A program made the translations under genes and the position numbers. The notes beneath the pieces are model-generated. The model did not search any database. It saw only the letters and a list, made by a program, of their open reading frames with translations, and was not told the DNA's origin. Positions 29,851 through 44,434 of a stretch of 64,000 nt of DNA are shown here, piece by piece. Location: the NCBI RefSeq assembly GCF_002105155.1, contig NW_019028989.1:310001-374000 (forward strand), in the 5' to 3' direction. The number at the start of each line of letters is the position of its first letter. The first letter of the stretch is position 1. The stretch is from Lobosporangium transversale (Eukaryota).

Positions 29851-30952
29851 GCTTTCATTTATTATGTCAGAAATATAATGCATCTTTCAGAGTTGCCTTT
29901 TTTTTTAAAAAAATAAATAAATAGACAATACGTTGTCAAGACTTAATTTTCAAATATTGTCCCACAATCTTACCGCTTTCATTATGTTATACTTCAATGC
30001 AGTTCTGTTATTTATTTTAAATAAACATCACTTTGCATGCTCTTAATAAAAAGAAGGCATCATCCTTTGATATTTATCCAGGCGTTCAAAACAATTGAAA
30101 TTCCAGGATGAGCATGTGGCTATTAGCTGCGAATCACTTCTTAACGTCAACCTCCCTTGGGTGGAGGGTTTTCTTTTTTTTGTCTCTAGTTAAAACTTTA
30201 TGAGAAACAGGCTAAAATACCAAAAGTGCCTGAAAGTGGGTCGTAAACTAATGAAGTGTTTGCTGTTTGATCCATTTCATGTAGTTTGACCCAAAGACCT
30301 TTCGTAACTTTTCATACTTCTGTATCCAACATTCTTTTGCTGTCACTCTGGCCTCATTTTTGGGGAAGCCTTTCAGTGTTCTCCATTCCCTCATCTCACA
30401 CCCTCTCTCATTCATCGTCACTTTTCCCAAGCCAGGAGCAAAGCATCTCTCACAACCTCACCCTCACTCACACCCTCACTCACACCCTCATGCTCCGTTC
30501 TCTTGTAGCCTCGTAGTGCTGTCTTTATTTTTTTTTTTTTTCCTAAATTCAACCCATCTTGTTTGCTTCCGCTCGTCAGCCTGCATTATACGTTCATCAT
30601 CACTAAACCGTACTTTTACTCTCCTTTTTTCCTTCCTATTCATTTTCATATACCCAAACTCCTTCCATCTTCGTCTGTTTAGCTCACATTTTGCGGCTCT
30701 ACAGACTACCACTGTACGCTCCATTCATACTATTCTCTTAACCCTGACCTTCTAGCATTCCTCTCTTCTTCTCACCTCCTATTCTCTCACGTCTTGGTCA
30801 ACTTTTTTTTGTTTGTGCCTTGCTCTCTGTGCCTTAATCGAAATTCATCTTGACAGCTCATTTTCTCTTGAGCCATCAGCGTCGTACACTCACCCCGCAA
30901 TAAGAAAAGTGAACACGCTGGCACCTGCTCGACCCTTGCCACTTCCTTCGCC

Positions 30953-33900
30953 ATGAGTGAAGCCCAGTCGAGTATGTCACATCCATCGCCACAGGACCCT
31001 TCTCAGCAACTTGACAGATCTGGAGACATGGCATCCCATTCTTTTCCGCAACAGACAGACCAAACACGTCTTCAAAGTCAACCCGTCCAAACGACGCCTG
31101 TCGTGGAGCTGGCTCCTGCAGTGCAACGGTGCGGAAAATGTAATCTCCAAATGAAAGGCTCGTTTGTGCGTGCGCTGGGCAGTACATATCATCTCGACTG
31201 TTTCAAGTGCATGGTAAGACAGCGGCATCTGACTTGGCCTAGACCATCCTCATGAGCGTGTTCTTTTTTTTTTTTTTTTTTTTTTTTCCTATTCAGTGAC
31301 CCTATTTTTAACTCATCACTCCGATTTTGATGCATTCAAATCTTTCATTACGTTACAAAATGGGTACATCATCAAGGACTGTGGCCAGATTGTTGCCTCC
31401 AAGTTTTTCCCCATCACCGAGCCCGATGGAAAGCAGTATCCACTGTGTGAGCGCGACTATTTCCGGCGACTCAACCTTGTGTGCCAGTCTTGTGGAGGAG
31501 CTCTTCGTGGCTCCTATATAACAGCACTCGACTACAAATATCATATTGAGCACTTTACATGCTCGGTCTGCCCAACCGTCTTTGGACCTAAAGATTCTTA
31601 TTACGAACATGATGGCAAAGTTTATTGTCACTATCACTATTCGCTCTGTTATGCTGTCAAGTGTGCAGGATGTAGGACTGCCATCCTTAAGCAGTTTGTC
31701 GAAATAAACCGCAACAGCCAGGACGAACATTGGCACCCAGAGTGTTACATGATCCATAAGGTAAATGGAGAACTTTCTTCCTTCTTTTTGTCGATCTCGC
31801 TCACCCCCGCTGCATTGTAGTATCTCCACTGTTTATTATATTTGCTTTTCTTTTTCCGGACGTACTCTCTCCTTTGTTCGCAGAGATACCTTTTTATTTA
31901 ATTGTTGAAACCAAGTAATTGAAGTCTAATTTTTCAATTCCGCTATATTGTATCACATGACACGTATTAGTTCTGGAACGTGAAACTCTCCTCAGTTCCG
32001 CAGAAAGAAGATCTATCCCAGGACGAAGCAGATCCAGGGTCACAACCAGAAGGGACAGAGTTTGGAGCAGGCACAGACATAGAGTTTAGATCAGCAGTAG
32101 GACCAGGGCCAACACTTGAACGGCGACAAATTGAAATTGACGGTAATGCAGATCCAGCCGTTAGTGACAGAGAGGTTGTAAATACAACTGCATCCCCAGG
32201 AGAAGATTCAGCGTCATCTGTCGAGATTAAGACGCCTGAGGAACTTAAACTCGCTCAGCAGCAGATGGAGGAAAAGGTCTACCAAATCTGGACTGTTCTC
32301 TCAGCATTTGAAGAGTCCTCAGCGGGCTGTATTTCCGATATGCTGCTCCATGTTTCCAATGGCGCCTACTATGAAGGTGTGCTTATGGCTGGGAGATTTA
32401 TTCTCCATGTCGATATCCTTTTTAGCGCAATTGATGACCTTGAGGCTCAGATGAAGGAAGTTGGTGATAAAAGTGGTAGGTTAACTGTGCATTCTGTAGA
32501 TCTTAATTGTGACCTTTTGTTGATATTGTTACGCTGGGGCGCTATCGTCAATTCTATGCTGATATAGCAGTCTTGGATGCTCAATCTCCTTCATAAAACA
32601 TAGATATGGCGCATGGGAGAGAGGCTAAGATGCTATGTAAAAAAATCGTCAACTTTTTCTCCTTACTCTCACATACTCAAGAGAGCGGCGTTCGACGACT
32701 TGGCATGACTCAGGAGTTACTCTCGTTGGTCACTGGATTGGCCCATTATCTCAAGATCCTGATCCGCATTGCACTAACCAGTGCGCTCAAACTGGTAAGT
32801 TAGCATTGCTACAGTATGCTAATAGAGCATTAAATGAACAAATTACTAATATTTGAGATGCAAATATGTATATTCTATTTATTTATCGAACAAATGGTGC
32901 TTACTATTCTCCTACTTAACGGTCGCTGCTAAATTTATATTCGAGTAGGAACGTCAATATGACTCGCCGGCGGTTATTGCCAGATTTCTCAATAAGCTGG
33001 TGGAATTAGCAAACAGGGATAAGTGTACAACTGACTTGCATGGAAAACAACCGATCGATGCAGAGGTTACGTCAGATTTGTGCTTGGCATGTCGTGTAAC
33101 GATAGAGGATGAATGTTTCACTTTTAATCACAATCATCGCTGGCACCCCAAATGCCTCAATTGCTCAAAGTGCGCCGCCTCTCAAGCGTCCATTTATTAT
33201 GATGCTTCATTTGACCCAAGCAGCGGTCAGATCCTGTGTTCAGGATGTAAGACAGCAGAATCACAAATAGGGTTCTTGCGCGTGACAAAGTTAGAACAAT
33301 ATACCTTTTTACTTCGTGTGGCGTTGATTCGACTGGAGAACCTTCTTCACCTCAAAGGTAAAACGAATTCAAATACAAAGTTATTGGATGTTGATTATGA
33401 CGCTGGAATTACAGCTGGCGGATACGAACTAATTCTGAGTCCCTTGTATATTAGGTGACGATCTAACAGGCACGGATCAAAGAAATCATCAACTGGCAAC
33501 TTCGCCAACATTGACTCCACTTTCGCCACCTGGTTTAATACGCAACGATTCACGGTCAAAATCTTATTCGGCAGATGATAATCGGCAGTACGAACCAATC
33601 CATCTTGGGGATATCAAGCGCGTAAAGTCCACTCATCTTGATCGAAAGCTTTCTAATTCCGCACGCATTCCAAGGCGACAGACAGTGATCGAACGTCAGC
33701 GACGACAACCAGCCACTAAAGACGCGATTATTAACGAGTTGGCTGTAGATGGAAATGTTGAACAAGATGATTCCGGGGGCACGGATGCGGAGGTGGAGAT
33801 CATAATTGTTGATGAGCGACCAGGACCGGACGCACTTAATCACGAGGAGGAGGAGGATAGAGAAGGACCTGATCCGAATGCACCAGCGACACTCTCAGAT

Positions 33901-35609
33901 CTGCCAGAACGACTTCGCAATACCACATCGAATACTGCCTCTACTTCTTCGAGCCGAAATCGTCATAGCAATCCTTCTCAAAGCGGACAACAACCAGAAG
34001 CATCCAACACTACTCTTCATCCTAAAAGGCAGTACCTGAGTGAGCTTTCTGCTCTAGAATTATTTATTGTCAAGCATCTGGCCGTTTTGACGCTGGCGCC
34101 AATCGTTTCAGAATACTTTACGTTGGAAGAACTTTTGGATTTGATTGGACAGCGCAAACAGACATTATGGGGTCGATTTGTAAAGGGACTCAAGACGGAC
34201 AAGAAAAAGCCCAAAGGTAGAGACTCTATTTTCTACTATTTACTCGTCTTGATGGCAGAATCTTGATGTACACATTTTACTTACTGAACTTATTTCATTA
34301 TTCCGTAACATTAGTTGAAGGTACATTTGGTGTCCCCTTAGAAGTTTTAGTGGAGAGGAATGGTGTGGATTCAGCACTAGGGGCGGGTCCTGGAAGGATT
34401 AGAATCCCTAGCTTTGTAGACGAAAGCATTACTGCCATGCGTAATATGGGTATGTAGATTATGCTCTGAGCCATGATCACAGTTCATAGCGTGTTTGATC
34501 ATTGTTTTGATACTTTTTTTTTTTTTTGACTTAATTTTTATCTTAGACATGTCGGTGGAAGGAGTTTTTAGGAAGAACGGTAATATCAGACGCCTCAAGG
34601 AACTGAGTGAATCCATTGATAAGAATCCTAGTTCGGTTACGTTGAGTGACGATAACCCGGTTCAAGTGGCAGCGCTACTCAAGAAGTTTTTACGCGATCT
34701 GCCAGACCCACTTTTAACATTCAAGCTTCATCGCCTTTTTGTTGTTTCTCAAAGTAAGTATCGCAGCTTTTGGGGCAGTTATAATATATATTATATCTAA
34801 ATCGAATTCTTTTTAAAACTTTTTTGTTTTTTGAAATAGAAATGGAAGATGAATCGATACGAAAGACAATTTTGCATTTGACATGCTGTCTGCTCCCAAA
34901 ACCTAACCGCGATAGCATGGAAGCTATCTGTATATTCTTGCGTTGGGTAGCATCATTTTCTCATGTAGATGAGGAAACGGGTAGTAAGATGGATCTCCAC
35001 AATTTAGCAACTGTAATCACACCCAATGTCCTCTATTCAAAATCCAAAGACCCAACAAAAGATGAAAGTTTTCTTGCGATTGAAGCTGTCATGGGTCTAT
35101 TAGAATACCAAGAAGAATTTTGTGTCGTAAGTCCTTTTTATTATACTGAGGTTTTTATGCAAAAAATCCTTGTTTACATACTCACTCGAAGTACTGGATT
35201 AAATCCCATTACTTATTAATAAACATAGGTCCCAATGGATCTTTCATCCATTCTTAGTGATCAGGATCTAGTGGAATCTTCAACAGATCTTTCATCCAAA
35301 GACATCTTGAAGCGCTGCGAGAACTTGGTCCGGTCCAAGATTAAGAAGTCCCATTCTTTCGGTGATCTCTATGGAGACTCTAATAATAGTTCACGGGGAG
35401 AGGGAGGAGACCTCACAAGTGTAGGCCAAGTCAATTGCGAGAATGCACAACTCAACAGCAGTAATAGCCATGGTCCGTCGACGACAAGTGCGATCCGTAT
35501 TCCGGAGCGACCGCGGCCCTACCATCATTCGCACTCGTCGCAGGCAATACCACATGAAGGGATAAGTAATGGTGGCCGAGAGCGAGGATCCACGCCCATG
35601 TCTCTATAG
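30953..35609 (+). CDS. LIM-domain Rho GTPase-activating protein (Lrg1/Rga1-like), multi-exon
   Basis: Multiple LIM domains (CGKC..YHLDCFKC, CQSC..YHIEHFTCSVC, WHPECYMIHK); RhoGAP EGVFRKNGNIRRL, AALLKKFLRDLPDPLL, SKMDLHNLATVITPN. Confidence 0.92.
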
Positions 35610-35914
35610 TGTGCGAGCCTTGGGTTTGATCTCTATTTTAATTGACTTCCAAATAAAGTCGGTATAGTTTGCATGTTAACTTTGTCATGTGATAGAACCA
35701 GCAATTATCGCTTTAAGTGTGAGCAGCCCATCAATTCAACTTATTAAGCATACTTTAAAAAAAAGAAAAGAAAAAAAAAAAAGAAAAAAAGAGTAATTCA
35801 TTATTTTTCATTCTTCATCCCCAACATTATTTGATCAATTCCTCATCATTGACATCTACTGCCTCAACCACCTTCTCCTCTTATTCTTACTGCTGTCTAG
35901 ATAAGAATTGACTA

Positions 35915-37436
35915 ATGTTCGAAAATATGGGCAATTGGCTCTTGGCTATCGCAGCCGAGATGCCCTTCGAAACTGACTGGGAATCATCCTTGAACGGATC
36001 TTGGTGAGTGCTGACATAAACAATTAGCATACACATACAAAATAAAAGATGCTTAACATTCTACAAATACCATTGATTAAAAGTTCAATGTTCAAGTATT
36101 GTTTCTCCTCCCTACTCTCTTTCTCCTTCGCTTCGCTTGCTACTCGTATCTGTCTCCACCCAAATATATACTTTTTGTTAAAATGTACTATATTCTTCTT
36201 TTTATCTTGGGCCTTCTCCTAAATTGACCTGGATTAATACTTTTATACAGGTACCTATCCCCCCGTCGCCATATGGTTGAGTTTTTTATTTATAACATGG
36301 TTTTCCTCTCTACGGCTCACTTTTTTTATCGTCGCGCTCTTTCTCCTGGGTAAGCTTTCAAGGAAGATAAAAAAATCGGACATGAAGTTTTGAGAATGCG
36401 TATTCAAGCATTGACATAGTTATTATCGTTAAGTTTTGTTAATAGCACTAAAATGGTTTCAACCTTCTTTTTTTACTATTATTATTTTTTATTGTCTTCA
36501 TAGATCACCCATTTCTCGACTGTTTTCGTCATATGTTCCGCCGGCTAAAAAGTCAAGGATCGAGATCACAGTACAATTATTATTGACGATCTCTTTGGCG
36601 ATTACAGTGTATCAAAAATGGACCCGAGGAGGACTGTTGTATTTGTTACAACCCTGCCATATGTCTGCAATGATGTTGATCTCAATTCTTGCTGGACCCA
36701 AGGATAGGAAATGGCCACATATCCTATTGAACATTTACTTCCATATCATGTGGGGAACGTATGTGTTGCAATTATTATTGATTATCCAGTATTTGTAACT
36801 TTTGGCTTTCTTTTTCACATTCAACGCTTTGACTTTTTGGGTTTGTGATTATGGATATGGACGCAAATGATTCGACGCAAGCTTATTTTTTTTTTTATTT
36901 CCCTGTGATTATGTGCTATGCATTGCTGTGTGTAACCCTTATTTATTTTGGGTTCTCCACTGATGTCAAAACAGGCCAACTAGACTAACAAACGCAAATT
37001 TTCTTTTTCCCTCTTGCAATTCACAACCACAAAAAAAAAAAAAAAAAAAAAAAAAGAATGTTGGCTCTCTTATCTCCAGATCTTCGCGACTACGACATGT
37101 TCTTTGAGGTCGAGAACTTCTATATTGAACATTATCTACTTCTTATTGCGCCTGTATACATGATTTGGTCCAATCGATATGTAATCTGGCCCGCCTCAAT
37201 GGATGTGGCACTCATGTCCTTCTCTCTGTTTGCATTATATCACTCTATGATCCTAAGCACTGTAGCCTTGGTGCGAGGACAAAATTTGAATTACTTGTTG
37301 ATGCCACCACCAGGTAAAAAAAAAAAAAAAAAAAAAAAAGGAGGACGCGCTTGCATAGAAAGAGCTTTTTTTTTTTTTTTTTTTTATTTTTTTAACAGTG
37401 ATGAGCTAATTGATAGGAGGCATCTGTTGACTTGCT

Positions 37437-37472
<36 letters not shown>

Positions 37473-37656
37473 TTTTTTAGGCCCCTTGCAGTTTTTTGGA
37501 AAGTGGTACCGCCCTGTTATGTACGCTTTCTGTGTGTTCTTGACAATGTCGCGATATTTCTTGGTTGAGCTTGTTATTCAGTACATGCCTCGCCGGAAAA
37601 TCCATCCACTGCAGAGTGAAACTAAGGATGGAACGGTCAAGCGAAAGACGCTTTAG
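35915..37656 (+). CDS. TMEM164 family membrane protein, multi-exon
   Basis: WYLSPRRHMVEF, LLYLLQPCH, FYIEHYLLL, NLNYLLMPP motifs with several hydrophobic segments. Confidence 0.8.
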
Positions 37657-37761
37657 AAGATGAGAGACATATTTATAGATATCCAAGTACATACAGTTCA
37701 TTCTATTTAAAGGGTATAGAGAGAATAATAAAGTAGACTTTATTTTATTTATTTTATTTTC

Positions 37762-37800
37762 TAGGATATTGGGTTATTAGGATATTGGGTTATTAGGATA
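37762..37800. repeat. 16-bp tandem repeat (about 2.4 copies)
   Basis: taggatattgggttat x2 + taggata. Confidence 0.8.
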
Positions 37801-37924
37801 ATAAAGAGTGAAGCGTTAAAATACTGTTACAAGTACATGGACAGAATTACAGAACAATACTTTTCATATTCATTAAGAAATGCCGCCATTAAATGCATAA
37901 AATTAGAGAGAGAAAAAAAGAAGA

Positions 37925-40900
37925 CTAGCATCTGCCAGAGAAAATCTCAGGAGGGGGCGGTGGAGTTGAAGAATAAGGTGTTGGAGAAACAGAGACTCGG
38001 ATCATGCCATCGCGCTCTCGCCGTCCTTGCACATTGCCCTGACTGCCACCTGCCAGGCGAATCACACTCATCTTCTTTTTCATCACTCTCTTGGATCGCA
38101 TAGAACGATCACTTCCTGTTCCTACGCCCGCACCTGGCCCGATACCTCCATTATCTGAAGCACCAAGATCAAACGCGATATTACTACGCTGTTGTGGTGC
38201 AGCATGATTGCTCTTTGACGGTGTAGTGATTTTCAGGGGTGGAACATCGCCAAATGATGTCCGGAACGATGTGGGCGGAGAGGGGTACGATGGTAATGGC
38301 GCTGGTGCAACCGCTGCGGTCTTGCTGAAGTGATCAAAGAATGTTGTTGGTTCTTTTGACCTCGTTTCTGCTGATGTCGAGACTGAAAAGATATCCTTTC
38401 GCTGTGTCTTGAGGTCCTCCCATCCTTTCTGTTGTTCTCTTTCCGCGGTGGCCAAGAGATCTTCAAAGTCCATCGCCTTGAGATCTGCAGGTGTCGTTGG
38501 CGGAAACTCTTTTCTTGGATCAAATTCTTTAGCGCCAGGAATGCTAAATGAGTCGCTGATGTTGTCAGACTCTAGAGTGGTGGAGTCAAATGACGCGTAT
38601 TGTTGATGATACTGAGAGTGATGATGGTGTTGACTGGTCAGAGTTTGAGCAGAGTGGGTGGAAGCCGAGCTAAGGTATCGTGAATGCTGCGGAACAAGAG
38701 TATCAGCTGAGGCTTGGTGTGGATGCCGTGTCGTAGATGACGATAGTGATGATGACGATGGCTGATATTGATAGCGCCCGAACGGAGAGGTCATATCATT
38801 TGATGGCGAAATGGACCCAGGAGACTGTGTGAGAACCACTGAAGAATGAGCAGTGCGAGATGATGGAACTATGGGACGTGTGGAAACTTGTAACGGTTGG
38901 GGAGAACCCAACTGACGAGGCTTCCACGAGACAACATCCTCGATTGACACTGGCGAGCGTGCTGACTTTGCATGGGATGAGGATCCGCCATTGCTATTGT
39001 TGGTTGCTTCTAAAGACGCTGGAGACGTGGGTGAGGTTAGAATGCTGCGGCTATCTTTTCGTGAAATGACTGGCGTATTTGAAGAGCCCATGCCGCCTGC
39101 TGCAAAACGACGAGGTGATCGAGGACTCTCACTACGCCCTTGACCGGAAAATCGATACTGCTGTTGATCATCATCCATGTCGAACGAAGATTCAGACGTT
39201 GCTCTAAATGATCTTGAAAAACCGTTATTGCTGTCCGCACCGCTTCGTCCTCCACTGCTCCTGTTAAGATCACGTGTGCGGATTGTAAGCTTAGGGAGTT
39301 CTGGGACTGTATCCGAGTCGGCGTCAATACTGGAAATCCTTCGCCTGGTGGCGGCGCTTTGTGCATCATCTGAATTAGCTTTGGATACATTGAAAGCCTT
39401 GTAATTGGAAGATGGACCGAGCTGGATCTCATCCATAGAAATGTCTGCATCCCCAGTATAGCCACTGATGGCATCCCCGTCCGAATCGAACCCTTTGAAT
39501 TCCTGATCTGTATCTAGTTCCATCATATTTGACGAGACAGTCAGTCGCGATGATCGTGTGGCCTTTGATGGGGGTTGCAGTAAATGTTGCTGTTGCTGTT
39601 GCTGCTGTTGTTGTTGTTGCTGCTGCTGCAGTGACAGTCGTTTAAAATTGAACAGCCCTGGTACAGCAGAATTATTCACTACATCTTGGGCATACATTTC
39701 CGCGAGTTCTAAAGTGAAGCTTGTGAATGTGTGGGTAACAGTCGCGCTTGATGTGTTATCCATATTGAAGAGGTAGCCTGGAGAGCGAGGAAGGGGTGGT
39801 GTCTCAGTGTTGCTGACAATGGAACGAGCAGCACTGCTCTGACGACGACGACGCATCGCCATTTCAAGTGTCTCGCGCCGCAAACCCGGTGATCTGGGCT
39901 TCGCAACTGCTGTGGCCAAAAGCGCGGGGTGGGTGGCGGAAGTAAATGAAAGGGATCGGGTGGATCGAACACTATGAGATCTGCTAGGACGTGTTACCAT
40001 CGCTCCATCATTGTCAGGCGTTATAGCATGGGTTGGAGGTTGGGCTTTTGAGGCTTCTGATATCGCTGCGAAGGGAGTAGGTGACTTTGATCGCTTGGAG
40101 TCCAATTCTGCCTCGTTATATTTGTGTTTAGGTTTCCCGAGATGAAGTGATTTCAAAAGCGACCGACGCCACTCTAATGATTGAGGCCCTGTCTTTTTAC
40201 TTGCTAATTTCTCAAGATCAAGAGAAGTCGGAGCTCGTTTCTTATTGTTGATGTTGTCAATATGCAGGCCTTGGTTTCTTTCATTGCCATCACCATCTTG
40301 ACTTTGCTTTAAGAACCGCTTCACGGCTTCTTTGCCAGCTCTTACAGAGCTAGACCCCTTATTCGATTCCGTATTAGCGAGCGACCGCTCCATCTTTTTC
40401 CGCTTTTTGAGGGGCAGCTCAGCAAACTGAGTATAGTCTTCATAGTCAGCGGGCAGGATAATATCGAGTGATTGGTCAGAATCAAGTTCTTCTCCTACTT
40501 TAAGGTCTTGGAGTTGTTGGTGCAATGTTGCTACTGAGATATCTGTCTCCGGGTTTGAAACGGGCCCTGATTGTGATGGCTTGAGTGTAGGCCTGAGCCC
40601 ATCATTTTCCCCAGTATTTGCCTCCACTTCCTTACAAGAACGAGCATCGAAAATGTCTGCCCCCATTGCCATTTGTTGTGGTTTTGAGAGCGCCTGACCG
40701 TCAGTCTCAAGACGCACTCTAGGAAAAGTCCAAAAGATCTTTGAGTGGCGCGCCTTTGAGCTATTAATTTCTGCTAGATGGTCCAGTTCCTGTTGCTGTT
40801 GCTGTGAGGGGTCCTCAGCAGGTGAAGTGACGAATGCAGACAGCCGGCGCTTATCACTGTTGCCTCTTTGAGACGACTCTGCGGTTTCCTGTGCCTTAGT

Positions 40901-42294
40901 CTTATCTCGGATATTAGAAGATGACTTCATGGAGGCGAGTGTGCTGTTGACCTTATTCTTGAACTTGACACGGAGTGAGGCATTGCCTTCAAGACAAAGC
41001 TCTTCATTATGAGGCGAGTCGACGATATCTCCTATTGACGCCGGTTCGGATGATGTAACGGTAACAAGAGGCATTTGAATAGCTCCTGATTCGTCGGCAT
41101 AGGTGGAAGGTGTGATATGAGAGGTTCGCTTATTGGTAAAGGGCACTGATGGCTCTTTAGGAGCTGGAAATAAAGAAAGTGGTGGGGCACTTGATCTGTT
41201 TTATTGGTATTATGCATATTATAATTAAATGGTGACACGAAGTAAAAGATGAAAATATATCCATTAGTAAGTCTGTTCCCCTCATCCAAAAAAAAAAAAA
41301 AAAAAAAAAACTTAATAAAAGAACCCATCCATTGGCTACGCAAAGGTAGAGAGTTAGAGAAGGAATGAACATGTTATTACCTTTTCTGCTGAAGATGCTT
41401 GTTTTTAAATTTGTTGAGGGCTTTCAAAAAGCTCGATCTTGTGGCTGGGGTCTGTAAAGCATTGCGATGTTCACTGCCATCAATCGATGACTCATTACTC
41501 GTCTGGTGCTCTTGTTGTCGTTGCTGCGGCTGTGAGAAGGATGGTTGCTGGTTGCTTTTTGATAACCTTTTGTCTGTAAAAGTTACCGCCCCTGCCGTGA
41601 GTTTTTTAGGGTTGTTATTCACATCTAATGCTTGCTCTGCTTTCCGAGGGGACAGGTTGTGGTAAGAAACAAATTTGTCATTTGTAATGATGGGTGAGGA
41701 AGGAGTTTGGGTCATTTGAAGTGTATCTCCTAGCATTTGCTTTTCTGATGAAGAGGACGGTGTTGCCAAGGATGGTATTGAGAGTGGCTGTATACCTGAA
41801 GTCCCTGTGTTGACGCCAGGACCAGGACCAAGAGCTACAGATGCCCCTACTCCTGCTCCTCCTCTTCCATTGCTTCGTACTGATGCACCGCCTCGTCCCT
41901 TAACCGCCATCTCTCCATTACTCTTGTTCGACTCCTTTGCTCTGGCTAATGTTCGATGATCAATTTTCAGTTCAATATCCCAATCACCAAAGATGGCATT
42001 CGAAGTTGTGGCTACGAACTGCTTCGATGGTCGACGTGTATGATGATGGTAACGAGGATGATGTAATGAAGCTCTTCGTGTAATGTTGGAAGTCTTTGCT
42101 TTAGTGATGGATCGAGCCCTAGACCGTTCCTGTGATAACGATTGCTCTGTTATCGTTGGCAGCCATGTGTTCGAAGTAATTGGTATCAGACAAGAGGAGG
42201 AGGGATATGATGAGGGAAGGGGTCTGCAATGGCTATGATCGAGAGATATTGAGTCTGACGTGGACTGAAGTATGGAGGGGGTCGGGGCCGACAT
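37925..42294 (-). CDS. Large low-complexity S/Q/P-rich hypothetical protein (at least two exons)
   Basis: 305-aa ORF ending at a GT donor (~41381) plus 1073-aa ORF; no recognisable domain. Confidence 0.7.
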
Positions 42295-43776
42295 CTAGTC
42301 AAGCAAAAAGGTGTAGAATGATGGAGTTGGAAATGGATCGGTGTGAATTAGGGGGAGTGTGCGAAGGGGAAGCGTGAATTTATGGGTGAGTGGCGGATTC
42401 TGTTAAGACTGCAGTCCAAGGATTCCAGTTCGATATTAAGGAAGTTCTGTAGGCAAGATTCAAAGGATGCACGCAAGTTGTGGACAGAGGGACCAGTTAG
42501 TGATCAAGGGTTCAAAGGTGGTCAAGATTGTTTTTGTTTCAACAAAGAAAAGAAAGAGTTGAAAAGAAACTGCTGTAACAAAGCAGCAAGGAACAATAGC
42601 AACAAGGCAAAGGGAGCGTGTGAACGGACCAAGGAAAGAAAATGCAAATATATTTATGAGTGTCTGTTGCTTAATTGCTTGTTTGTTTGTTTGTTTGTTT
42701 GTTTTAAGTATTATTATAATATGAAGTATGAATCAGAATGGTGAATGCGTTGAAGGAATGGTCATGAGAAGAGGATGATGAACCATTACCGATGCTGAAT
42801 AAAGGAGAGTTAACGACTTCTAGTCTAACAAGGTGCTCTATAAAATGACTGCAGCTCATATTCAACGACTTTAGATGTGCTCACACATTGGTGTTTGGAT
42901 AATAATAACAAAATGAGACACTCTTGTTTATGAACCTTGTGCGACCTTTGCCTCAGTTGGCAGGGTAATTTGCCCAGAAGAATGAAGACATGACATCGCA
43001 TGAATGGTATCCACAATCATATTGAAGAGGATCTGTGCTGGCAACGAAAAGAGGAACAAGAAAGACGAGAACATCTGCAGTGCCAACAGATACTTTTTCC
43101 TTTTCTTTCTTTCTTTTTTTTATTTTTTTTATTTTTCTGCTCACAGGCACAAATCTAGTTTACAACAATCGTAAATGCATTATTTTCATCCAAAATAAAA
43201 TTTTGTCCTTCAACTTTATTTATTTAAAAAAGGAGCTGCAACGGTCGTCCTTTCATGCCACGCGATTATCACCATCAAGAATTAAACTTTGGAGGGAGAT
43301 GGTGCCTCTAAATGCATCGGTTTTCGCGCGAAAATTCGGAAATAATAGCCTCTCCAATTGGCAGTGTACCAAAATGCATATCTAAGAGAACCTTACCTCT
43401 CTATCACAACCGTTATTACTACTTATGTGCGCTACTGCTACTTTTACTATCGGTATTATCATTATAACTTTAGACTTGGATTCAAGCGTTTGTGAATTGT
43501 ACGGATGCTTACTAAATTTTAGAGTGATGAGTACTTGCTCAATAATTGTGATTGCTTATAGTACTTGCAAAAGAAAAAGGCCATGAGGCGATATGGAAAT
43601 GTGCTATCACGAGGACCATTGCTTAGAGTCGTTAGGAGGAATGCTGTTGGGCCCGTCTAGTTGCTAAAGCTGTACTTTTTTTTTTTTTTTTTTTTTTTTT
43701 TTGAACCAAAGATCTACTCCAGATCAATATGCACACGTGAAGGGCAAGTCAGCGAAGAAGGTGATAAATGAGTGTA

Positions 43777-44326
43777 GGCGACTGTTCGGACTCCATCTGA
43801 TACTGTATAAACACCTGAATACTGCCACATGCTATTGACCACTCTACGTCCCTTAAACAATATTCTTAGCATACATCTGAACTTTTGCAAGGGATGTGTC
43901 AACACTTCGACAAACATGTAACATTTAATGGCTACATCACAGCCCTTGGATTGTGGAAGCGCTGAAAGTATGCAGAAAACGGGAACCATTTGTGTTTTTA
44001 CTAGCAACAAGCGTGGTTTTAAAAAAGTTTGCCTCCAAGGAACAAATCCTATATCCTTCATTGCTCAAAAGAGACAATCTTGTCTTTTCTGCACCCCAAA
44101 AGCTCGCCATAATCCTATTGAAGCGTTCAGAGGCATTATTTGCCTCATAGTTTGAGGATTAGCAGACTTTCAGTCAAGTTTTATTGTTTTGAACAACACA
44201 GTAAATCCTGTCCATTCGAAGTTAATCCCTTTGGATGGCAGCTATTCAGGGGATGCTAATCAATTCTGCTAAATTATGGTGAAATCAGAGCAGATTTGGA
44301 AAACCAACAAGCATCGAACAGTCGCC
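43777..44326. repeat. 550-bp direct repeat copy 1 (MITE-like, 12-bp TIR GGCGACTGTTCG)
   Basis: Matches 55557-56106 with 4 substitutions seen by eye; ends GGCGACTGTTCG...CGAACAGTCGCC. Confidence 0.92.
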
Positions 44327-44349
44327 TTAATAAGTGAGCGAGGATCTCT

Positions 44350-44434
44350 ATGACGCGCATGGACCATGGGGGCGACTTTTCAAATTCTTTTTTATATAAG
44401 AAATACAAAGTCGCCCCCGGCTAAACATTCCACC
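44350..44434 (+). repeat. Palindromic terminal motif A
   Basis: GGACCAT-GGGGGCGACTTT (44368-44379), 27-nt AT-rich spacer, AAAGTCGCCCCC (44407-44418)-GGCTAAACATTC. Confidence 0.9.

Noticed and set aside
43714..44155. Short ORFs duplicated at 43.7-44.2 kb and 55.5-55.9 kb
   Set aside because: They arise from the non-coding 550-bp repeat and show no recognisable protein motifs
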